A DNA stretch of 64,000 bases, from NCBI GenBank assembly GCA_964057225.1, contig CAXKVF010000073.1, positions 1,240,001-1,304,000 of the forward strand, given 5' to 3'. The translations under genes and the position numbers were made by a program. The stretch comes from Auanema rhodensis (taxonomy: Eukaryota > Animalia > Nematoda). The notes below the pieces were generated by a model, which did no database searches, was not told the origin of the DNA, and was given only the letters and a program-made list of their open reading frames with translations. This document shows, in pieces, positions 1 through 11,251 of the stretch (position 1 is its first letter; each line of letters opens with the position of its first letter).

Positions 1-15
1 TACCAAGTGCACATC

Positions 16-52
16 ACGTGTACATTTAATTAGCATAAATTAAAGTTCACGT
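16..52. other. Imperfect inverted repeat in each monomer (arms 16-31 and 38-52, 6-nt loop), a potential hairpin/cruciform
   Basis: ACGTGTAC-A-TTTAATT / AGCATA / AATTAAA-GTTCACGT gives 14 pairs with one bulge (A24) and one T.T mismatch. The core TTTAATT/AATTAAA is perfect. Confidence 0.85.
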
Positions 53-64
53 AAATTTCAAAGT

Positions 65-77
65 CATGGTTACCATG
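65..77. other. 13-bp odd palindrome CATGGT-T-ACCATG (15 bp in A78 monomers)
   Basis: CATGGT is the reverse complement of ACCATG. With A78 it becomes TCATGGT-T-ACCATGA. Confidence 0.9.
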
Positions 78-156
78 CACCAATATCAATAAAAATTTGT
101 TTTTAGACTAATATGGACATGGGGAATCTAATTTTGAAAACCGCATCTCTTTATCT

Positions 157-166
157 TTCACGTGAA
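157..166. promoter_or_regulatory. 10-bp perfect palindrome TTCACGTGAA containing an E-box/G-box (CACGTG); a second CACGTG lies at 15-20 of each monomer
   Basis: The motif is seen directly. CACGTG is the canonical bHLH(-ZIP) E-box / plant G-box, but binding here is not demonstrated. Confidence 0.4.
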
Positions 167-3100
167 GCGAGTTACATACCAAGTGCACATCACGTGTACA
201 TTTAATTAGCATAAATTAAAGTTCACGTAAATTTCAAAGTCATGGTTACCATGAACCAATATCAATAAAAATTTGTTTTTAGACTAATATGGACATGGGG
301 AATCTAATTTTGAAAACCGCATCTCTTCATCTTTCACGTGAAGCGAGTTACATACCAAGTGCACATCACGTGTACATTTAATTAGCATAAATTAAAGTTC
401 ACGTAAATTTCAAAGTCATGGTTACCATGCACCAATATCAATAAAAATTTGTTTTTAGACTAATATGGACATGGGGAATCTAATTTTGAAAACCGCATCT
501 CTTTATCTTTCACGTGAAGCGAGTTACATACCAAGTGCACATCACGTGTACATTTAATTAGCATAAATTAAAGTTCACGTAAATTTCAAAGTCATGGTTA
601 CCATGCACCAATATCAATAAAAATTTGTTTTTAGACTAATATGGACATGGGGAATCTAATTTTGAAAACCGCATCTCTTTATCTTTCACGTGAAGCGAGT
701 TACATACCAAGTGCACATCACGTGTACATTTAATTAGCATAAATTAAAGTTCACGTAAATTTCAAAGTCATGGTTACCATGAACCAATATCAATAAAAAT
801 TTGTTTTTAGACTAATATGGACATGGGGAATCTAATTTTGAAAACCGCATCTCTTCATCTTTCACGTGAAGCGAGTTACATACCAAGTGCACATCACGTG
901 TACATTTAATTAGCATAAATTAAAGTTCACGTAAATTTCAAAGTCATGGTTACCATGCACCAATATCAATAAAAATTTGTTTTTAGACTAATATGGACAT
1001 GGGGAATCTAATTTTGAAAACCGCATCTCTTTATCTTTCACGTGAAGCGAGTTACATACCAAGTGCACATCACGTGTACATTTAATTAGCATAAATTAAA
1101 GTTCACGTAAATTTCAAAGTCATGGTTACCATGAACCAATATCAATAAAAATTTGTTTTTAGACTAATATGGACATGGGGAATCTAATTTTGAAAACCGC
1201 ATCTCTTCATCTTTCACGTGAAGCGAGTTACATACCAAGTGCACATCACGTGTACATTTAATTAGCATAAATTAAAGTTCACGTAAATTTCAAAGTCATG
1301 GTTACCATGCACCAATATCAATAAAAATTTGTTTTTAGACTAATATGAACATGGGGAATCTAATTTTGAAAACCGCATCTCTTTATCTTTCACGTGAAGC
1401 GAGTTACATACCAAGTGCACATCACGTGTACATTTAATTAGCATAAATTAAAGTTCACGTAAATTTCAAAGTCATGGTTACCATGCACCAATATCAATAA
1501 AAATTTGTTTTTAGACTAATATGGACATGGGGAATCTAATTTTGAAAACCGCATCTCTTTATCTTTCACGTGAAGCGAGTTACATACCAAGTGCACATCA
1601 CGTGTACATTTAATTAGCATAAATTAAAGTTCACGTAAATTTCAAAGTCATGGTTACCATGCACCAATGTCAATAAAAATTTGTTTTTAGACTAATATGG
1701 ACATGGGAAATCTAATTTTGAAAACCGCATCTCTTCATCTTTCACGTGAAGCGAGTTACATACCAAGTGCACATCACGTGTACATTTAATTAGCATAAAT
1801 TAAAGTTCACGTAAATTTCAAAGTCATGGTTACCATGCACCAATATCAATAAAAATTTGTTTTTAGACTAATATGGACATGGGGAATCTAATTTTGGAAA
1901 CCGCATCTCTTTATCTTTCACGTGAAGCGAGTTACATACCAAGTGCACATCACGTGTACATTTAATTAGCATAAATTAAAGTTCACGTAAATTTCAAAGT
2001 CATGGTTACCATGAACCAATATCAATAAAAATTTGTTTTTAGACTAATATGGACATGGGGAATCTAATTTTGAAAACCGCATCTCTTTATCTTTCACGTT
2101 AAGCGAGTTACATACCAAGTGCACATCACGTGTACATTTAATTAGCATAAATTAAAGTTCACGTAAATTTCAAAGTCATGGTTACCATGAACCAATATCA
2201 ATAAAAATTTGTTTTTAGACTAATATGGACATGGGGAATCTAATTTTGAAAACCGCATCTCTTTATCTTTCACGTGAAGCGAGTTACATACCAAGTGCAC
2301 ATCACGTGTACATTTAATTAGCATAAATTAAAGTTCACGTAAATTTCAAAGTCATGGTTACCATGCACCAATATCAATAAAAATTTGTTTTTAGACTAAT
2401 ATGGACATGGGGAATCTAATTTTGAAAACCGCATCTCTTTATCTTTCACGTGAAGCGAGTTACATACCAAGTGCACATCACGTGTACATTTAATTAGCAT
2501 AAATTAAAGTTCACGTAAATTTCAAAGTCATGGTTACCATGCACCAATATCAATAAAAATTTGTTTTTAGACTAATATGGACATGGGGAATCTAATTTTG
2601 AAAACCGCATCTCTTTATCTTTCACGTGAAGCGAGTTACATACCAAGTGCACATCACGTGTACATTTAATTAGCATAAATTAAAGTTCACGTAAATTTCA
2701 AAGTCATGGTTACCATGCACCAATATCAATAAAAATTTGTTTTTAGACTAATATGGACATGGGAAATCTAATTTTGAAAACCGCATCTCCTTATCTTTCA
2801 CGTGAAGCGAGTTACATACCAAGTGCACATCACGTGTACATTTAATTAGCATAAATTAAAGTTCACGTAAATTTCAAAGTCATGGTTACCATGCACCAAT
2901 ATCAATAAAAATTTGTTTTTAGACTAATATGGACATGGGGAATCTAATTTTGAAAACCGCATCTCTTTATCTTTCACGTGAAGCGAGTTACATACCAAGT
3001 GCACATCACGTGTACATTTAATTAGCATAAATTAAAGTTCACGTAAATTTCAAAGTCATGGTTACCATGCACCAATATCAATAAAAATTTGTTTTTAGAC

Positions 3101-6100
3101 TAATATGGACATGGGAAATCTAATTTTGAAAACCGCATCTCTTCATCTTTCACGTGAAGCGAGTTACATACCAAGTGCACATCACGTGTACATTTAATTA
3201 GCATAAATTAAAGTTCACGTAAATTTCAAAGTCATGGTTACCATAAACCAATATCAATAAAAATTTGTTTTTAGACTAATATGGACATGGGGAATCTAAT
3301 TTTGAAAACCGCATCTCTTTATCTTTCACGTGAAGCGAGTTACATACCAAGTGCACATCACGTGTACATTTAATTAGCATAAATTAAAGTTCACGTAACT
3401 TTCAAAGTCATGGTTACCATGCACCAATATCAATAAAAATTTGTTTTTAGACTAATATGGACATGGGGAATCTAATTTTGAACACCGCATCTCTTTATCT
3501 TTCACGTGAAGCGAGTTACATACCAAGTGCACATCACGTGTACATTTAATTAGCATAAATTAAAGTTCACGTAAATTTCAAAGTCATGGTTACCATGCAC
3601 CAATGTCAATAAAAATTTGTTTTTAGACTAATATGGACATGGGAAATCTAATTTTAAAAACCGCATCTCTTTATCTTTCACGTGAAGCGAGTTACATACC
3701 AAGTGCACATCACGTGTACATTTAATTAGCATAAATTAAAGTTCACGTAAATTTCAAAGTCATGGTTACCATGCACCAATGTCAATAAAAATTTGTTTTT
3801 AGACTAATATGGACATGGGAAATCTAATTTTGAAAACCGCATCTCTTCATCTTTCACGTGAAGCGAGTTACATACCAAGTGCACATCACGTGTACATTTA
3901 ATTAGCATAAATTAAAGTTCACGTAAATTTCAAAGTCATGGTTACCATGCACCAATATCAATAAAAATTTGTTTTTAGACTAATATGGACATGGGGAATC
4001 TAATTTTGAAAACCGCATCTCTTTATCTTTCACGTGAAGCGAGTTACATACCAAGTGCACATCACGTGTACATTTAATTAGCATAAATTAAAGTTCACGT
4101 AAATTTCAAAGTCATGGTTACCATGCACCAATGTCAATAAAAATTTGTTTTTAGACTAATATGGACATGGGAAATCTAATTTTGAAAACCGCATCTCTTC
4201 ATCTTTCACGTGAAGCGAGTTACATACCAAGTGCACATCACGTGTACATTTAATTAGCATAAATTAAAGTTCACGTAAATTTCAAAGTCATGGTTACCAT
4301 GCACCAATATCAATAAAAATTTGTTTTTAGACTAATATGGACATGGGGAATCTAATTTTGAAAACCGCATCTCTTTATCTTTCACGTGAAGCGAGTTACA
4401 TACCAAGTGCACATCACGTGTACATTTAATTAGCATAAATTAAAGTTCACGTAAATTTCAAAGTCATGGTTACCATGAACCAATATCAATACAAATTTGT
4501 TTTTAGACTAATATGGACATGGGGAATCTAATTTTGAAAACCGCATCTCTTTATCTTTCACGTGAAGCGAGTTACATACCAAGTGCACATCACGTGTACA
4601 TTTAATTAGCATAAATTAAAGTTCACGTAAATTTCAAAGTCATGGTTACCATGCACCAATATCAATAAAAATTTGTTTTTAGACTAATATGGACATGGGG
4701 AATCTAATTTTGAAAACCGCATCTCTTTATCTTTCACGTGAAGCGAGTTACATACCAAGTGCACATCACGTGTACATTTAATTAGCATAAATTAAAGTTC
4801 ACGTAAATTTCAAAGTCATGGTTACCATGAACCAATATCAATAAAAATTTGTTTTTAGACTAATATGGACATGGGGAATCTAATTTTGAAAACCGCATCT
4901 CTTTATCTTTCACGTGAAGCGAGTTACATACCAAGTGCACATCACGTGTACATTTAATTAGCATAAATTAAAGTTCACGTAAATTTCAAAGTCATGGTTA
5001 CCATGAACCAATATCAATAAAAATTTGTTTTTAGACTAATATGGAGATGGGGAATCTAATTTTGAAAACGCATCTCTTTATCTTTCACGTGAAGCGAGTT
5101 ACATACCAAGTGCACATCACGTGTACATTTAATTAGCATAAATTAAAGTTCACGTAAATTTCAAAGTCATGGTTACCATGAACCAATATCAATAAAAATT
5201 TGTTTTTAGACTAATATTGACATGGGGAATCTAATTTTGAAAACCGCATCTCTTTATCTTTCACGTGAAGCGAGTTACATACCAAGTGCACATCACGTGT
5301 ACATTTAATTAGCATAAATTAAAGTTCACGTAAATTTCAAAGTCATGGTTACCATGAACCAATATCAATAAAAATTTGTTTTTAGACTAATATGGACATG
5401 GGGAATCTAATTTTGAAAACCGCATCTCTTTATCTTTCACGTGAAGCGAGTTACATACCAAGTGCACATCACGTGTACATTTAATTAGCATAAATTAAAG
5501 TTCACGTAAATTTCAAAGTCATGGTTACCATGAACCAATATCAATAAAAATTTGTTTTTAGACTAATATGGACATGGGGAATCTAATTTTGAAAACCGCA
5601 TCTCTTTATCTTTCACGTGAAGCGAGTTACATACCAAGTGCACATCACGTGTACATTTAATTAGCATAAATTAAAGTTCACGTAAATTTCAAAGTCATGG
5701 TTACCATGCACCAATATCAATAAAAATTTGTTTTTAGACTAATATGGACATGGGGAATCTAATTTTGAAAACCGCATCTCTTTATCTTTCACGTGAAGCG
5801 AGTTACATACCAAGTGCACATCACGTGTACATTTAATTAGCATAAATTAAAGTTCACGTAAATTTCAAAGTCATGGTTACCATGCACCAATATCAATAAA
5901 AATTTGTTTTTAGACTAATATGGACATGGGGAATCTAATTTTGAAAACCGCATCTCTTTATCTTTCACGTGAAGCGAGTTACATACCAAGTGCACATCAC
6001 GTGTACATTTAATTAGCATAAATTAAAGTTCACGTAATTTTCAAAGTCATGGTTACCATGAACCAATATCAATAAAAATTTGTTTTTAGACTAATATGGA

Positions 6101-6863
6101 CATGGGGAATCTAATTTTGAAAACCGCATCTCTTTATCTTTCACGTGAAGCGAGTTACATACCAAGTGCACATCACGTGTACATTTAATTAGCATAAATT
6201 AAAGTTCACGTAAATTTCAAAGTCATGGTTACCATGCACCAATATCAATAAAAATTTGTTTTTAGACTAATATGGACATGGGGAATCTAATTTTGAAAAC
6301 CGCATCTCTTTATCTTTCACGTGAAGCGAGTTACATACCAAGTGCACATCACGTATACATTTAATTAGCATAAATTAAAGTTCACGTAAATTTCAAAGTC
6401 ATGGTTACCATGAACCAATATCAATAAAAATTTGTTTTTAGACTAATATGGACATGGGGAATCTAATTTTGAAAACCGCATCTCTTTATCTTTCACGTGA
6501 AGCGAGTTACATACCAAGTGCACATCACGTGTACATTTAATTAGCATAAATTAAAGTTCACGTAAATTTCAAAGTCATGGTTACCATGCACCAATATCAA
6601 TAAAAATTTGTTTTTAGACTAATATGGACATGGGAAATCTAATTTTGAAAACCGCATCTCTTCATCTTTCACGTGAAGCGAGTTACATACCAAGTGCACA
6701 TCACGTGTACATTTAATTAGCATAAATTAAAGTTCACGTAAATTTCAAAGTCATGGTTACCATGCACCAATATCAATAAAAATTTGTTTTTAGACTAATA
6801 TGGACATGAAGAATCTAATTTTGAAAACCGCATCTCTTTATCTTTTACGTGAAGCGAGTTACA

Positions 6864-9800
6864 TACCAAGTGCACATCACGTTTATTTAATTAGCATAAA
6901 TTAAAGTTCACGTAAATTTCAAAGTCATGGTTACCATAAACCAATATCAATAAAAATTTGTTTTTAGACTAATATGGACATGGGGAATCTAATTTTAAAA
7001 ACCGCATCTCTTTATCTTTCACGTGAAGCGAGTTACATACCAAGTGCACATCACGTGTACATTTAATTAGCATAAATTAAAGTTCACGTAACTTTCAAAG
7101 TCATGGTTACCATGCACCAATATCAATAAAAATTTGTTTTTAGACTAATATGGACATGGGGAATCTAATTTTGAAAACCGCATCTCTTTATCTTTCACGT
7201 GAAGCGAGTTACATACCAAGTGCACATCACGTGTACATTTAATTAGCATAAATTAAAGTTCACGTAAATTTCAAAGTCATGGTTACCATGCACCAATATC
7301 AATAAAAATTTGTTTTTAGACTAATATGGACATGGGGAATCTAATTTTGAAAACCGCATCTCTTTATCTTTCACGTGAAGCGAGTTACATACCAAGTGCA
7401 CATCACGTGTACATTTAATTAGCATAAATTAAAGTTCACGTAAATTTCAAAGTCATGGTTACCATGCACCAATATCAATAAAAATTTGTTTTTAGACTAA
7501 TATGGACATGGGGAATCTAATTTTGAAAACCGCATCTCTTTATCTTTCACGTGAAGCGAGTTACATACCAAGTGCACATCACGTGTACATTTAATTAGCA
7601 TAAATTAAAGTTCACGTAAATTTCAAAGTCATGGTTACCATGCACCCATATCAATAAAAATTTGTTTTTAGACTAATATGGACATGGGGAATCTAATTTT
7701 GAAAACCGCATCTCTTTATCTTTTACGTGAAGCGAGTTACATACCAAGTGCACATCACGTTTATTTAATTAGCATAAATTAAAGTTCACGTAAATTTCAA
7801 AGTCATGGTTACCATAAACCAATATCAATAAAAATTTGTTTTTAGACTAATATGGACATGGGGAATCTAATTTTGAAAACCGCATCTTATTATCTTTCAC
7901 GTGAAGCGAGTTACATACCAAGTGCACATCACGTGTACATTTAATTAGCATAAATTAAAGTTCACGTAACTTTCAAAGTCATGGTTACCATGCACCAATA
8001 TCAATAAAAATTTGTTTTTAGACTAATATGGACATGGGGAATCTAATTTTGAAAACCGCATCTCTTTATCTTTCACGTGAAGCGAGTTACATACCAAGGC
8101 ACATCACGTGTACATTTAATTAGCATAAATTAAAGTTCACGTAAATTTCAAAGTCATGGTTACCATGCACCAATATCAATAAAAATTTGTTTTAAACTAA
8201 TATGGACATGGGGAATCTAATTTTGAAAACCGCATCTCTTTATCTTTCACGTGAAGCGAGTTACATACCAAGTGCACATCACGTGTACATTTAATTAGCA
8301 TAAATTAAAGTTCACGTAAATTTCAAAGTCATGGTTACCATGCACCAATATCAATAAAAATTTGTTTTTAGACTAATATGGACATGGGGAATCTAATTTT
8401 GAAAACCGCATCTCTTTATCTTTCACGTGAAGCGAGTTACATACCAAGTGCACATCACGTGTACATTTAATTAGCATAAATTAAAGTTCACGTAACTTTC
8501 AAAGTCATGGTTACCATGCACCAATATCAATAAAAATTTGTTTTTAGACTAATATGGACATGGGGAATCTAATTTTGAAAACCGCATCTCTTTATCTTTC
8601 ACGTGAAGCGAGTTACATACCAAGTGCACATCACGTGTACATTTAATTAGCATAAATTAAAGTTCACGTAAATTTCAAAGTCATGGTTACCATGCACCAA
8701 TATCAATAAAAATTTGTTTTTAAACTAATATGGACATGGGGAATCTAATTTTGAAAACCGCATCTCTTTATCTTTCACGTGAAGCGAGTTACATACCAAG
8801 TGCACATCACGTGTACATTTAATTAGCATAAATTAAAGTTCACGTAAATTTCAAAGTCATGGTTACCATGCACCAATATCAATAAAAATTTGTTTTTAGA
8901 CTAATATGGACATGGGGAATCTAATTTTGAAAACCGCATCTCTTTATCTTTCACGTGAAGCGAGTTACATACCAAGTGCACATCACGTGTACATTTAATT
9001 AGCATAAATTAAAGTTCACGTAAATTTCAAAGTCATGGTTACCATGAACCAATATCAATAAAAATTTGTTTTTAGACTAATAAGGACATGGGGAATCTAA
9101 TTTTGAAAACCGCATCTCTTTATCTTTCACGTGAAGCGAGTTACATACCAAGTGCACATCACGTGTACATTTAATTAGCATAAATTAAAGTTCACGTAAA
9201 TTTCAAAGTCATGGTTACCATGCACCAATATCAATAAAAATTTGTTTTTAGACTAATATGGACATGGGGAATCTAATTTTGAAAACCGCATCTCTTTATC
9301 TTTTACGTGAAGCGAGTTACATACCAAGTGCACATCACGTTTATTTAATTAGCATAAATTAAAGTTCACGTAAATTTCAAAGTCATGGTTACCATAAACC
9401 AATATCAATAAAAATTTGTTTTCAGACTAATATGGACATGGGGAATCTAATTTTGAAAACCGCATCTCTTTATCTTTCACGTGAAGCGAGTTACATACCA
9501 AGTGCACATCACGTGTACATTTAATTAGCATAAATTAAAGTTCACGTAACTTTCAAAGTCATGGTTACCATGCACCAATATCAATAAAAATTTGTTTTTA
9601 GACTAATATGGACATGGGGAATCTAATTTTGAAAACCGCATCTCTTTAGCTTTCACGTGAAGCGAGTTACATACCAAGTGCACATCACGTATACATTTAA
9701 TTAGCATAAATTAAAGTTCACGTAAATTTCAAAGTCATGGTTACCATGCACCAATATCAATAAAAATTTGTTTTTAGACTAATATGGACATGGGGAATCT

Positions 9801-11251
9801 AATTTTGAAAACCGCATCTCTTTATCTTTCACGTGAAGCGAGTTACATACCAAGTGCACATCACGTGTACATTTAATTAGCATAAATTAAAGTTCACGTA
9901 ACTTTCAAAGTCATGGTTACCATGCACCAATATCAATAAAAATTTGTTTTTAGACTAATATGGACATGGGGAATCTAATTTTGAAAACCGCATCTCTTTA
10001 TCTTTCACGTGAAGCGAGTTACATACCAAGTGCACATCACGTGTACATTTAATTAGCATAAATTAAAGTTCACGTAAATTTCAAAGTCATGGTTACCATG
10101 CACCAATATCAATAAAAATTTGTTTTTAGACTAATATGGACATGGGGAATCTAATTTTGAAAACCGCATCTCTTTATCTTTCACGTGAAGCGAGTTACAT
10201 ACCAAGGCACATCACGTGTACATTTAATTAGCATAAATTAAAGTTCACGTAAATTTCAAAGTCATGGTTACCATGCACCAATATCAATAAAAATTTGTTT
10301 TAAACTAATATGGACATGGGGAATCTAATTTTGAAAACCGCATCTCTTTATCTTTCACGTGAAGCGAGTTACATACCAAGTGCACATCACGTGTACATTT
10401 AATTAGCATAAATTAAAGTTCACGTAAATTTCAAAGTCATGGTTACCATGCACCAATATCAATAAAAATTTGTTTTTAGACTAATATGGACATGGGGAAT
10501 CTAATTTTGAAAACCGCATCTCTTTATCTTTCACGTGAAGCGAGTTACATACCAAGTGCACATCACGTGTACATTTAATTAGCATAAATTAAAGTTCACG
10601 TAAATTTCAAAGTCATGGTTACCATGAACCAATATCAATAAAAATTTGTTTTTAGACTAATAAGGACATGGGGAATCTAATTTTGAAAACCGCATCTCTT
10701 TATCTTTCACGTGAAGCGAGTTACATACCAAGTGCACATCACGTGTACATTTAATTAGCATAAATTAAAGTTCACGTAAATTTCAAAGTCATGGTTACCA
10801 AGAACCAATATCAATAAAAATTTGTTTTTAGACTAATATGGACATGGGGAATCTAATTTTGAAAACCGCATCTCTTTATCTTTCACGTGAAGCGAGTTAC
10901 ATACCAAGTGCACATCACGTGTACATTTAATTAGCATAAATTAAAGTTCACGTAAATTTCAAAGTCATGGTTACCATGCACCAATATCAATAAAAATTTG
11001 TTTTTAGACTAATATGGACATGGGGAATCTAATTTTGAAAACCGCATCTCTTTATCTTTTACGTGAAGCGAGTTACATACCAAGTGCACATCACGTTTAT
11101 TTAATTAGCATAAATTAAAGTTCACGTAAATTTCAAAGTCATGGTTACCATAAACCAATATCAATAAAAATTTGTTTTTAGACTAATATGGACATGGGGA
11201 ATCTAATTTTGAAAACCGCATCTCTTTATCTTTCACGTGGAGCGAGTTACA
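6864..11251. repeat. Sub-domain containing six 174-bp monomers of two types
   Basis: Type 1 (CACGTTTATTTAATT: G20T plus loss of CA at 23-24, with G77A) starts at 6864, 7742, 9322 and 11078. Type 2 (CCAAGGCAC: loss of T8, loss of one T in the T5 run, G106A) starts at 8092 and 10200. Confidence 0.93.

Larger units (their letters stand above)
1..176 (+). repeat. Representative consensus-type monomer (position 78 is C/A polymorphic across the array)
   Basis: TACCAAGTGCACATCACGTGTACATTTAATTAGCATAAATTAAAGTTCACGTAAATTTCAAAGTCATGGTTACCATGCACCAATATCAATAAAAATTTGTTTTTAGACTAATATGGACATGGGGAATCTAATTTTGAAAACCGCATCTCTTTATCTTTCACGTGAAGCGAGTTACA. It has 57 G+C of 176 and five CpGs (17, 50, 142, 161, 168). Single ApaLI (7-12), BsrGI (19-24) and BstEII (68-74) sites per monomer would give 176-bp restriction ladders. 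Confidence 0.98.

Noticed and set aside
13-143. Budding-yeast point centromere (CDEI-CDEII-CDEIII)
   Set aside because: ATCACGTG fits CDEI, but there is no >90% AT CDEII and no CDEIII CCGAA core. Point centromeres are also not tandemly arrayed.
1-176. Assignment to a known satellite (alpha satellite, CEN178, Brassica CentBr, honeybee AluI) by length
   Set aside because: Length alone is not diagnostic. I recognise no sequence similarity, and there is no CENP-B box or HindIII/AluI site in the consensus. A database search is needed.
1-176. 5S rRNA, tRNA, snRNA or spliced-leader tandem gene unit
   Set aside because: No recognisable 5S, tRNA cloverleaf or A/B-box sequence. The unit is AT-rich with no gene/spacer contrast.
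5069-5070. 1-bp deletion (AAAACGC) giving a 175-bp monomer
   Set aside because: It is a singleton beside a homopolymer and cannot be told from sequencing error, so it is not treated as a finding.
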